This document shows, one piece after another, positions 28,634-38,770 of a DNA stretch of 64,000 nucleotides. Source of the DNA: an uncultured Actinomycetota bacterium (GTDB lineage: Bacteria; Actinomycetota; Actinomycetes; JACCUZ01). Location of the stretch: positions 172,612-236,611 of the forward strand of contig CAWDZK010000006.1 in assembly GCA_963807005.1 (NCBI GenBank), in the 5' to 3' direction. The first letter of the stretch is position 1; each line of letters opens with the position of its first letter. The notes below the pieces were generated by a model. The model searched no databases. It was not told the DNA's origin and saw nothing but the letters and a program-made list of their open reading frames with translations. Both the position numbers and the translations under genes were made by a program.

Positions 28634-29895
28634 CCACCTCGCTGCGTGACCTCGGCGCTCGCGCCGGCGCCGTCCCCGTGCCGCAGCTGGACGTGGCCGC
28701 CCTGGTCGCGGCCGGCGAGGCGCGGCTGCGCCGTCGGCGTGCGACAGCGGTGGCCGCGGTCGCGGCCGTCGTGGCGGTCGTGGTGTCGGCCTCCGTGCTG
28801 CTGGCGCCAGGGTCGAAGCAGGCGGCGCCGCCGCCGTCCGGTGGCGGCACCACGAAGGCGACGGGCGACACCGTCGAGACCAGCCTGGCCCCGCGCCTGC
28901 TGACCTACGCGGTCGGCTCGGTGATCCACTGGGGGGACCGGACTGTCGACGTCCGCGAGCAGATCCCGGGCCGATCGCGGCCGTGGCTGGGCTTCCTCGA
29001 GCCGACAGACGACGGTGTGGTGTTCATCTCCGGGCCGAGGCTGCGGAACGGGGGCGTCGCCTACGACGAGCCGGTCCCGGTGTGGTTCACCGACGGCTCG
29101 ACGCCGGTCCGGATCGGGACGACGTCCGGCAGCGGTGTACGCGGCTACCTCGTCGCCCCTTCGGCCTCGGGATCGACGGTGGCCTGGCGCGAGGACTACT
29201 ACCGCGGGGTCCTCGTCGTCTACGACACCGCTCGGATGCGCGAGGTCGCTCGCTTCGGGGACGAGAACTCCTACATCCTCAACGAGGTGTACGACGACGA
29301 GGTCTACTGGACCTCCGACGGTTCGTGCGGGACCGATGACACCCGCACCGGGTCGCTCACCCGGTGCGAGCCGGGCGCGAAGCTGATGCGCTTCGACGTC
29401 GGTTCGCAGCTGCAGACCGAGGTCACCTGGGACGAGTACGTGGCGGACCGGCGCAGCCGGCCCGGGCTGCTCACCGGCCCGGACCACCGCCCTCCCGGGT
29501 GCATCAGCTGCGTCATCAGTCCCGACGGTCTCTACCGCTCCCACTCGTTCGTGCGGCGCGGCAGCCGCCTCGTGCTCGGCGCCGACTACGGCCTCCGGAT
29601 CCATGCGCTACCGGCGTCGGACAGATCGATCACCGTCGCCCTGACCGGCACGCCGGTGAACCTTCGACTGCCGCGGGGCTACGAGGACGCGGAGCGGTGG
29701 GTGCTCACCCAGTGGCTCGACGCCGACCACGTCGTCCTCTGGGCGGACGGCGAGCCGGCGGGGGTGACTGACCGCGGCAAGACGGTCGAGCTGCTGATCT
29801 GCCAGCTGTCCACCGGTGACTGCCGGGTCGCGGCCGGCCCGGACCAGGCCGACGGCCTGTTCACGCCGCCGGGCCCGGCAGGGATCAAGGGCTGA
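28630..29895 (+). CDS. Hypothetical single-pass membrane protein, co-transcribed with the ECF sigma as a putative anti-sigma or regulatory partner.
   Basis: An ATGA overlap with the sigma gene, an N-terminal cytoplasmic segment, a TM (AVAAVAAVVAVVVSASVLLA) and a large extracytoplasmic domain with several Cys residues are present. Confidence 0.5.
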   Translation: MTTSLRDLGARAGAVPVPQLDVAALVAAGEARLRRRRATAVAAVAAVVAVVVSASVLLAPGSKQAAPPPSGGGTTKATGDTVETSLAPRLLTYAVGSVIHWGDRTVDVREQIPGRSRPWLGFLEPTDDGVVFISGPRLRNGGVAYDEPVPVWFTDGSTPVRIGTTSGSGVRGYLVAPSASGSTVAWREDYYRGVLVVYDTARMREVARFGDENSYILNEVYDDEVYWTSDGSCGTDDTRTGSLTRCEPGAKLMRFDVGSQLQTEVTWDEYVADRRSRPGLLTGPDHRPPGCISCVISPDGLYRSHSFVRRGSRLVLGADYGLRIHALPASDRSITVALTGTPVNLRLPRGYEDAERWVLTQWLDADHVVLWADGEPAGVTDRGKTVELLICQLSTGDCRVAAGPDQADGLFTPPGPAGIKG

Positions 29896-29907
29896 GTCCC
29901 GACGTCA

Positions 29908-31344
29908 TCAGTCGAGGGCGGCCACCTGGTCGGCGAGCCATCGGCTCGGTGGCAGCCGGGACGACACGTCCGCGAGCCGCTTCGTCCGCGCCGACCGCTC
30001 GTCCGGGTCCATCGACAGCGCCCGGTCCAGGGCGTCGGCCGTCCCGGAGACGTCGAACGGGCTGACCAGCAGGGCGTCGTCGCCGAACTCGTCGGCGACG
30101 CCCGCCTCGGTCGAGAGCACGACGACGCACCCTTCCTCCGACAGCACCGGCACCTCCTTGGCGACGAGGTTCATGCCGTCGCGGACCGGGTTGACCAGGA
30201 GCACGTCCCCCACCCGGTACAGGGCCAGCGAGCGCGCGTAGTCGTCGGTGACGTCGAGCACGATCGGGCGCCAGTCGTCGGTACCGAACTCGTCCTCGAT
30301 CTCGACTGCCAGCCGTTGCACCTGCGCGGTGTACTCCCGGTACTCCGGGAGGTCGTGCCGGCTGGGGTAGGCGGACGCCAGGTGAGTGACCTTCCCGCGC
30401 CAGTGCGGGTACCGGCGCAGCAGCTCGCGGTAGGCCAGCAGGCCGCGTCCGATGTTCTTGCTCAGCTCGGTGCGGTCGACCCGCACGATCGCCTTCCGGT
30501 CCCCGAGCTTGCGGCGCAGGGACGCCAGCCGCATCTCCACGTCGTCGGCGTGGGCGCGCTCGCGCAAGGCATCGGCGTCGACCCCGAGCGGGTGCACACC
30601 GAGCCGGGTGGTGTGCCCCTCGTAGGTCACCGACCGCTCGTCGGTCTGCGCGCCGAGCACGTCGGCGCAGCACTCCGCGAAGGCCCGGGCCCAGCGCGGC
30701 GAGTGGAACCCGGCGTGGTCGGCGCCGAGCATGCCCAGCAGCGTGTCGCGCGCGACCGAGGTCGGCAGCACCCGGAAGTAGTCGGACGGCGCCCACGGCG
30801 TGTGCGAGAAGTGCGCGATCCGCAGGTCGGGGCGCAGGTCCCGCAGCAGCCGGGGGAGCAGCGTCAGGTGGTAGTCCTGCACCAGGACCTTCGCGCCCTC
30901 GGCAGCGTCGTCGGCGAGGGCCTGGGCGAACGCGGCGTTGTAGGTCTCGTACGACGCCCACTCGCGGCGGAAGCCGGCGTCGAAGGCCGGTGCGGTCGGT
31001 ATCGCGTAGAGCAGGTGGTGCACGAACCACAGGGTGGAGTTCGCGACGGCGTTGTACGCGCGCTGGAACGTCGCCGGGTCGATGTCGAGCATCCGCACCG
31101 CGGCGCCGCCGGTGTCGTGCCCGTCGCGGTCGAGGCGGCCGTCCGGCGCGCGGCGGGCGGCGGCCCGGTCACCGTCGTTCAGCGCGGCGCACACCCAGAC
31201 GACGTCGTCGCTGCCCAGGCTGGACAGCCCGGAGACCAGCCCGCCGCCGCCCCGGCTCGCCTCGAGGGAGCCGTCGTCGCGCTCGGAGAACGACAGCGGG
31301 CCACGGTTGGAGGCCACGAGCAGGGGGGCGGAGCCGGAAGTCAT
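29908..31344 (-). CDS. otsA: Alpha,alpha-trehalose-phosphate synthase (UDP-forming).
   Basis: It belongs to the GT20 family with N-terminus LLVASNRGPLSF. The start was trimmed to ATG 31344 from the longer tracker ORF. Confidence 0.85.
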   Translation of the reverse strand: MTSGSAPLLVASNRGPLSFSERDDGSLEASRGGGGLVSGLSSLGSDDVVWVCAALNDGDRAAARRAPDGRLDRDGHDTGGAAVRMLDIDPATFQRAYNAVANSTLWFVHHLLYAIPTAPAFDAGFRREWASYETYNAAFAQALADDAAEGAKVLVQDYHLTLLPRLLRDLRPDLRIAHFSHTPWAPSDYFRVLPTSVARDTLLGMLGADHAGFHSPRWARAFAECCADVLGAQTDERSVTYEGHTTRLGVHPLGVDADALRERAHADDVEMRLASLRRKLGDRKAIVRVDRTELSKNIGRGLLAYRELLRRYPHWRGKVTHLASAYPSRHDLPEYREYTAQVQRLAVEIEDEFGTDDWRPIVLDVTDDYARSLALYRVGDVLLVNPVRDGMNLVAKEVPVLSEEGCVVVLSTEAGVADEFGDDALLVSPFDVSGTADALDRALSMDPDERSARTKRLADVSSRLPPSRWLADQVAALD

Positions 31345-31373
31345 GGGGCGCACCTTCCCGCCCGCCGGGGTGC

Positions 31374-31790
31374 TCAAGCAACCCGACGGGAGAGGTATCC
31401 CCCGTCGGCCAGCCCGGCCCGCACCTCGAAGACGTTGTGCGACCACGCGTCCCGGCCGCGCAGCCACGACCAGAGTGCGGCAACCCCGTACATCGGCAGC
31501 AGGACCGGGCCGAGGCAGCACGCGTACTGCGTGGCGTGCCGGGCCTCGTGCACGAGCAGCCTCGGGCGGCGGCGGAGCACGTCCTCGTCACCACGGACGA
31601 GGACCACGTTCCCGACGGTGAACGCCGGGGCCGGCACCGGCAGCCGGAAGCCGAGCGCGAGCACCAGGCCGTCCGGCCCGCTCCGGAACCGGGTCCGGCC
31701 GGCCACCCCCAGGGCCAGCCCGAGCGGGGTCGACAGGTTGACCATGTTGACCACCTGCCGGACCCGCCACCGCCGCTCCACGCCCACCAT
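31374..31790 (-). CDS. Hypothetical small protein with an HExxH motif (possible minimal metallopeptidase or DUF).
   Basis: The 139-aa protein contains LLVHEARHATQYAC. Its start at ATG 31790 abuts a G-rich tract. Confidence 0.4.
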   Translation of the reverse strand: MVGVERRWRVRQVVNMVNLSTPLGLALGVAGRTRFRSGPDGLVLALGFRLPVPAPAFTVGNVVLVRGDEDVLRRRPRLLVHEARHATQYACCLGPVLLPMYGVAALWSWLRGRDAWSHNVFEVRAGLADGGYLSRRVA

Positions 31791-31800
31791 GATCCCCCGC

Positions 31801-31840
31801 CCGCACCCCCACCCCCCATCCCTCACCCCCACTACCCCGC
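31801..31840 (-). repeat. G-rich tract on the minus strand with G-quadruplex-forming potential (GGGGTAGTGGGGGTGAGGGATGGGGGGTGGGGGTGCGG).
   Basis: It is read directly from the sequence, with at least 5 G-runs of 3 or more within 40 nt, immediately upstream of the minus-strand gene start at 31790. Confidence 0.5.
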
Positions 31841-31878
31841 CGAGTGGTGGGTTGCGCAGGGGATCCGCGGCATTCCGG

Positions 31879-31974
31879 GTGCGCAACCCACCACTCGCGG
31901 GGACGGCGGGGTGCGCAACCCACCACTCGCGGGGACGGCGGGGTGCGCAACCCACCACTCGCGGGGACGGCGTC
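31879..31974. repeat. A 32-bp direct tandem repeat in 3 copies (GTGCGCAACCCACCACTCGCGGGGACGGCGGG), with an upstream inverted copy at 31842-31858 forming a 17-bp-stem hairpin with copy 1.
   Basis: The copies sit at 31879-31910, 31911-31942 and 31943-~31972 (the last diverges at its 3' end). The inverted arm GAGTGGTGGGTTGCGCA is the reverse complement of TGCGCAACCCACCACTC. Confidence 0.7.
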
Positions 31975-32043
31975 TCAGCGCGCGGGACCGGGTGTCCGGT
32001 GGGTGGGCGGTCGACCTAGACTCGCCCGTACAACTGAAGACCG

Positions 32044-32177
32044 CTCATCCAGAGGGGCAGAGGGAACGGCCCGACGAAGCCCCGGCAACCGCACCGCGCA
32101 GCGCTGGTTCCGGCGCCCGCGGTCACGGTGCCAACTCCGACCCGTGACGGCCCGACGGCCGGCCCGGGACAGATGAG
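32044..32177 (+). ncRNA. SAM-I (S-box) riboswitch, probably a translational OFF type.
   Basis: CUCAUCcAGAGgGGCaGAGGGAacGGCCCGAcGAAgCCCcGGCAACC ... GGUGCCAAcUCC ... aGAUGAG matches the conserved S-box core (P1, kink-turn, P2, J3/4, P4). The 3' P1 strand GAUGAGG overlaps the SD GAGGAAGGA of the downstream reading frame. Confidence 0.75.
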
Positions 32178-32189
32178 GAAGGAACCTCG

Positions 32190-32264
32190 ATGACCACCGG
32201 TGCTGTCGCCCCGCTCCCGCCCCCGCTGCCACGGCAGCGTCCCTCACCGCCCCCGCTCCCGTGA
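32190..32264 (+). CDS. Putative proline-rich leader peptide or upstream ORF (MTTGAVAPLPPPLPRQRPSPPPLP).
   Basis: ATG 32190 lies 5 nt after the strong SD GAGGAAGGA, and the 24 codons end in a stop that overlaps (GTGA) the GTG start of the thrC-like gene. The structural gene has no SD of its own. Confidence 0.35.
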   Translation: MTTGAVAPLPPPLPRQRPSPPPLP

Positions 32265-33493
32265 CGCCCGACCTGGGGCCGGCGCGCCACCTGTCCTGCC
32301 GGGAGTGCGGCGCCAGCACGCCCCTGGGCCCGTTCTACGCCTGCGGCGAGTGCTTCGGGCCGCTGGAGGTGGCCTACGAGTTCGGCGCCGTCACCCGCGC
32401 CTCGATCGAGGCCGGACCGCGCAACATCTGGCGCTACCAGGACCTGCTGCCGGTGCCGTCGACGGTCCGGGACACCCCGAACCTCGAGCCCGGCGGCACC
32501 CCCCTGGTCCGGGCGCACCGCCTCGGGGCTGCGCTGGGCATGCGCGCCCTCTGGGTCAAGGACGACAGCGCCAACCCCACCCACTCGTTCAAGGACCGGG
32601 TGGTCGGGGTCGCGCTGGCGGCCGCCCGCGAGCTCGGGTTCACCGTGCTGGCCTGCCCGTCGACCGGCAACCTGGCCAACGCCACCGCTGCGGCGGCGGC
32701 GCGCGCCGGGATCCGGTCGGTCGTGCTGGTCCCCGCCGACCTGGAACAGCAGAAGATCGTGACGACCGCCGTGTACGGCGGCACGCTGGTCGCCGTCGAG
32801 GGGACCTACGACGACGTGAACCGGGTGGCCTCCGAGCTGGCCGGCGAGCACGAGGACTGGGCGTTCGTGAACGTCAACGTCCGCCCCTACTACGCCGAGG
32901 GGTCCAAGACGCTCGGCTACGAGGTGGCGGAAGGCCTCGGCTGGCGGCTGCCGGAGCAGGTCGTCATCCCGGTCGCGTCCGGCTCGCAGCTGACCAAGGT
33001 GGACAAGGCCTTCCGCGAGCTGGTGTCACTGGACCTGGTCGACGACTCGCCGTACCGCATCTACGGCGCGCAGGCGACCGGCTGCTCCCCGGTGTCCCAG
33101 GCCTTCAAGGCCGGCCACGACGTCGTGCGTCCGGTGAAGCCGTCGACGATCGCGAAGTCGCTGGCGATCGGCAACCCCGCCGACGGGCCGTACGTCCTGG
33201 ACACCTGCCGGCGGACCGGAGGCCTGGTCGAGGACGTCACCGACGAGGAGGTCGTCGAGGGCATCCGGCTGCTGGCCCGCACCGAGGGCATCTTCGCCGA
33301 GACGGCGGGCGGGGTGACCGTGGCCACGCTGCAGAAGCTGCTCGCTGCCGGCCAGCTCGACCCGGACGCCGACACGGTCGTCTTCAACACCGGCGATGGG
33401 CTCAAGACGCTGGACGCGGTCGCCCCGCACGTCGGGCCGGCCGCGACCATCCCGGCCTCCGCCGACGCCTTCACGGCGGCCGGTCTGGCCTGA
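32261..33493 (+). CDS. Threonine synthase-like PLP-dependent enzyme (fold type II) with an N-terminal zinc ribbon. It is controlled by the SAM riboswitch and so is probably a methionine-pathway (MetM-like) enzyme rather than a housekeeping ThrC.
   Basis: An N-terminal CxxC...CxxC (CRECG...CGEC) precedes the PLP-lysine region THSFKDRV. The 410-aa protein sits directly downstream of the S-box. Confidence 0.75.
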   Translation: MTPDLGPARHLSCRECGASTPLGPFYACGECFGPLEVAYEFGAVTRASIEAGPRNIWRYQDLLPVPSTVRDTPNLEPGGTPLVRAHRLGAALGMRALWVKDDSANPTHSFKDRVVGVALAAARELGFTVLACPSTGNLANATAAAAARAGIRSVVLVPADLEQQKIVTTAVYGGTLVAVEGTYDDVNRVASELAGEHEDWAFVNVNVRPYYAEGSKTLGYEVAEGLGWRLPEQVVIPVASGSQLTKVDKAFRELVSLDLVDDSPYRIYGAQATGCSPVSQAFKAGHDVVRPVKPSTIAKSLAIGNPADGPYVLDTCRRTGGLVEDVTDEEVVEGIRLLARTEGIFAETAGGVTVATLQKLLAAGQLDPDADTVVFNTGDGLKTLDAVAPHVGPAATIPASADAFTAAGLA

Positions 33494-33729
33494 CACGGCC
33501 GGTATGACCGGGTTGGCGTGATCCGGGGACGCGCTCGCCGAGGTCACGAACCGATGTCGGTGAACTGCTGACGCGGGGCGGCGGCGCTCACTACGCTGCC
33601 GCTCGGTCGAGCCTCGAGAGCAACCGCACTTGCGCACGCGAGAACCCCAACCCTGCCGGGTCGGGTCGAGCACGACCCGGGTCCCGCGCGGTGCGTGACC
33701 TGTCGGCCCAGCACAGCAGGAGACGCACG

Positions 33730-33930
33730 ATGGCTCAGGGCTCCGTCAAGTGGTTCAACAGCGAGAAGGGCTACGGCTTCATCGCTGTCGACGGTGGCGC
33801 GGACGTGTTCGTCCACTACAGCGCGATCCAGATGGACGGCTACCGCTCGCTCGAAGAGGGGCAGCGCGTGGAGTTCGAGATCACGCAGGGGCAGAAGGGT
33901 CCGCAGGCCGACTCGGTCCGCGCCGTCTGA
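33730..33930 (+). CDS. cspA: Cold-shock protein (CspA family).
   Basis: [18 protein letters not shown] with RNP1/RNP2 motifs, an RBS AGGAGA and a long upstream 5' UTR of roughly 235 nt are present. Confidence 0.85.
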   Translation: MAQGSVKWFNSEKGYGFIAVDGGADVFVHYSAIQMDGYRSLEEGQRVEFEITQGQKGPQADSVRAV

Positions 33931-34045
33931 CCCCGACCACCAGGTTCGACCGGCCCGGCCCCCACGCGGGGGCCGGGCCGGCGTGCGTCTGGGAACGGTT
34001 GACAGACCGTCGCTGCCGGAGTCGTGTCAACCGGGAGGCCCGGAC

Positions 34046-34639
34046 GTGCGAGTACGAGGTATGCCGACCGACCGAGCGGCCGCGACAGCGGCCCTCGCCA
34101 CGAGGCGCGGCGCCGACCCGGCAGTCGAGGACGACCGTCTTCCGGTGGGCGCCACGCAGACCTTCGACGGCTTCTACCGGCGTGAGCTTCCGCGCCTGGT
34201 GACGTTCGCGGCCGCGCTGGCCGGGGCGGCCGCGGCCGACGATGTCGCCCAGGAGGCGATGCTCGCCGCCTACCGCCGGTGGGAGGTCGTCTCCCAGCTC
34301 GACCTGCCCGCCGCGTGGGTCCGTCGGGTCTGCGCCAACACCGCGACCTCGCTGCTGCGCCGCCGCGGCGCCGAGGCCCGGGCCCTGATGCGCCTGGGTG
34401 CCCGGAGGCAACAGCCGTTCGAGGTGCCCCCGGAGCCGGACAACTTCTGGTGCGAGGTCCGCCGGCTGCCGCGACGACAGGCACAAGCGGTCGCACTGGC
34501 GTACGTCTACGGCCTCGGGGTGAAGGACATCGCCGCCACCCTCGGCGTCGCCGACGGCACGGTGAAGGCCCACCTCTCCCGCGGCCGCGCCACCCTCGCG
34601 GCGCGCCTCTTCCGGACAGCTGAGGAGCAGGACGCATGA
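34046..34639 (+). CDS. ECF-type RNA polymerase sigma factor. The start is GTG 34046 or ATG 34061.
   Basis: Region 2 (FDGFYRRELPRLVTFAAAL...AQEAMLAAYRRWE) and region 4 (LPRRQAQAVALAYVYGLGVKDIAATLGVADGTVKAHLSRGR) are present. Confidence 0.7.
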   Translation: MRVRGMPTDRAAATAALATRRGADPAVEDDRLPVGATQTFDGFYRRELPRLVTFAAALAGAAAADDVAQEAMLAAYRRWEVVSQLDLPAAWVRRVCANTATSLLRRRGAEARALMRLGARRQQPFEVPPEPDNFWCEVRRLPRRQAQAVALAYVYGLGVKDIAATLGVADGTVKAHLSRGRATLAARLFRTAEEQDA

Positions 34640-35445
34640 GTCTCGACGAGCTCGCCAGGACCGCGACCGAGCAGCTGTACGCGTCGGCGACCCGCGGCCT
34701 CGACCCGGCCGACATGCAGGCGCGGCTGCACCGCGGCCGCCGCCGCCGCGCCGGCGCCTGGACGGCGACAGCGGCCCTGCTCGTGGCCCTGCTGGCCGGC
34801 CTGCTCGCCGCCACCCCGTGGAACCGGCCGCCGGTGCCGGCGGACCGGGGCGGGCAGCTGCAGGTCGAGAACGTCGCTGCGTGCCGGCAGCCGGCAGTCA
34901 CCTGCCTGGGCAACCGGCGGATCCGGGTCGCGACCGACATCCCTGTCACGGTCACGGTCCCGTCGACCTTCGCGCTGCAGGTCTTCGTCGTCCCGCAGGG
35001 GCTGGAGCTGTACCGGCGGGACGTGGACCGGGCCGGTGTCACGGTGATCGAGAACGCCCGCCCGGTCCGCTACGACGGCAGCTGGCGGCGCGATCCCGCA
35101 GCGGGGCGCACCGCAGCGAGCATGGCGCACTGGCTGGCCGGGCGGCCCTTCCTGCAGGGGACCCGGGTCACGTCCCGCCGGGTCGGCGGACGCACCGCGT
35201 GGCACGTCACGGGCACCTTCCGGCCCGGCGCTGCCCTTCCCGCAAGCAAGAACCAGAGCGACGTGGCCCCGACGTTCGCGCGGGGTGCCTTCACCAGTGG
35301 CGTCACCCCGGACCTCCCCGGCACCTTCACCCTGGTCGACCAGCCGCGCGGCGGGGTCACGGTCATCTGGTCCTGGACCTACGGCGGTGACCGGTCGTTG
35401 CTGCCGGGCAACCGGGTGATGGTGCAGGCGCTGCTCCGGGGCTGA
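34636..35445 (+). CDS. Hypothetical single-pass membrane protein, co-transcribed with the ECF sigma as a putative anti-sigma partner.
   Basis: An ATGA overlap with the sigma gene, a cytoplasmic N-terminal segment, one TM (AWTATAALLVALLAGLLAA) and an extracytoplasmic domain are present. Confidence 0.45.
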   Translation: MSLDELARTATEQLYASATRGLDPADMQARLHRGRRRRAGAWTATAALLVALLAGLLAATPWNRPPVPADRGGQLQVENVAACRQPAVTCLGNRRIRVATDIPVTVTVPSTFALQVFVVPQGLELYRRDVDRAGVTVIENARPVRYDGSWRRDPAAGRTAASMAHWLAGRPFLQGTRVTSRRVGGRTAWHVTGTFRPGAALPASKNQSDVAPTFARGAFTSGVTPDLPGTFTLVDQPRGGVTVIWSWTYGGDRSLLPGNRVMVQALLRG

Positions 35446-35483
35446 GCGCCGCGCCTCTGCTCCGGCCGGAGCCTCCTGGCGGC

Positions 35484-37296
<1,813 letters not shown>

Positions 37297-37472
37297 GTCC
37301 GTCCGCACCAGCACGACCGGCACCACCTGCACGGCCGGCACGTCCCGACGGGCGGTCCCCTCCACGGGGGCCGCCCGTCGGTGTGTCCGGACCACGCGCG
37401 AGATACCGCCGATCGGCTCCAGTCCGCCGGGTTGCTAGGTTGTCCCGGCCCACGCAGACACGGGAGAGCCGC

Positions 37473-38708
37473 ATGACTGAGCCGTACGACCACTTCCTCG
37501 ACGCCTACGCGCGGCTGGTGGTGCGGGTCGGGGTGAACGTCCAGCCGGGACAGCGGGTGGTCATCACCGGGGCGGTCGAGCATGCGCCGGTCGCCCGGGC
37601 ACTGGCCGCCGAGGCGTACCGGGTCGGCGCCAGCCTGGTCACGGTCGAGTACGACGACCAGCACGTGAAGCGGGCGGCGGCCGAGCTCGCTCCCGAGGAG
37701 TCGCTGGGCAGGGTGCTGCCGCACGAGGTCGAGGGCGTGCGCGCCTGGCGCGAGGACCGGCCGGCGATCATCTCGCTGACGGGCAACCCGAACCCCACGA
37801 TCATGGATGGCCTCGACCCGGACCGCCTGGTGAAGATGCAGCCGGTCGAGCTGATGCGCGAGGCCATGCCGATCATCGCCACCAACACCGTCGCCTGGAC
37901 GGTGGTGGCGGCCCCGAACGCCGGCTGGGCCCAGAGCGTGCTCGGGACGCCCGACGTCGAGCGGCTGTGGCAGGCGGTCGCGATCGCCACCCGGCTCGAC
38001 CAGGCGGACCCGATCCAGTCGTGGCGTGACCACCTCGGCAAGCTCGCACTGCGCCGCGACATGCTCAACGCCCGCGGCTTCGACCGGATCCGCTACCGCG
38101 GCCCGGGGACCGACCTCACCGTCGGTCTGCCGCCGACCGCCAGCTGGATGGGGGGCGCGACGACGAACGCCGACGGCACCGAGTTCGTCCCCAACCTGCC
38201 CACCGAGGAGGTGTTCATCTCCCCGGACTGGCGACGCGCCGACGGGTTCGCGCGCACGACGGCGCCGTTCTTCCTGCCCGGCGTGAACGTCCTGGTGGAG
38301 GGCCTCGAGCTGGAGCTCGCCGACGGCACCGTCAAGGGCGCGAGGGCCAGCCGGGGTGAGCAGGTCGTGCACGCCCAGATGGACAGCGTCCCCGGCGCCC
38401 GGCACCTCGGCGAGATCGCCGTCGTCGACGGCGACTCCGCGGTGCGGCGGACCGACCTGACCTACGGCAACATGCTCTACGACGAGAACATCGGCTCGCA
38501 CGTGGCCTGGGGCAACGGCTTCCCCACCAGCTTCGCCGGAGGTCTGGAGGCGACCCCCGAGCAGCTCCGGGAGGCGGGGATGAACTCCTCGCCCACCCAC
38601 GTCGACGTGGTGGTCGGCAGCCCGGACGTCGAGATCGACGGCATCCAGGCGGACGGCACCGCCGTCCCGGTGACCCGAGGCGACGTCTTCGTCCTGTCCG
38701 AGGCCTGA
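37473..38708 (+). CDS. Aminopeptidase of the M29 family (AmpS/PepS/aminopeptidase T-like).
   Basis: The 411-aa protein has RBS GGGAGAG and conserved M29 segments (NIGSHVAWGNGFP, HVDVVVGSPDVEIDG). Confidence 0.7.
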   Translation: MTEPYDHFLDAYARLVVRVGVNVQPGQRVVITGAVEHAPVARALAAEAYRVGASLVTVEYDDQHVKRAAAELAPEESLGRVLPHEVEGVRAWREDRPAIISLTGNPNPTIMDGLDPDRLVKMQPVELMREAMPIIATNTVAWTVVAAPNAGWAQSVLGTPDVERLWQAVAIATRLDQADPIQSWRDHLGKLALRRDMLNARGFDRIRYRGPGTDLTVGLPPTASWMGGATTNADGTEFVPNLPTEEVFISPDWRRADGFARTTAPFFLPGVNVLVEGLELELADGTVKGARASRGEQVVHAQMDSVPGARHLGEIAVVDGDSAVRRTDLTYGNMLYDENIGSHVAWGNGFPTSFAGGLEATPEQLREAGMNSSPTHVDVVVGSPDVEIDGIQADGTAVPVTRGDVFVLSEA

Positions 38709-38770
38709 GCCCGGCCGCACCGGAAGTCGATCACAAGTCGGCTGCAAGGGGTGTTCCTAGCCTGCTCCGC

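Noticed and set aside
31801-31974. A possible CRISPR array or 6C small RNA in the repeat and C-rich region
   Set aside because: The 32-bp units are strictly contiguous with no unique spacers, so this is not a CRISPR array. The hairpin loop is not C-rich as required for 6C RNA, so I report it as a tandem repeat and G4 tract instead.
33494-33729. A possible small ORF or riboswitch between the thrC-like gene and cspA (minus-strand ORF 33544..33816)
   Set aside because: The 90-aa antisense ORF overlaps the cspA start and has no features. The region is better explained as the long structured cspA 5' UTR, which I did not annotate as a discrete element for lack of a recognisable cold-box consensus.
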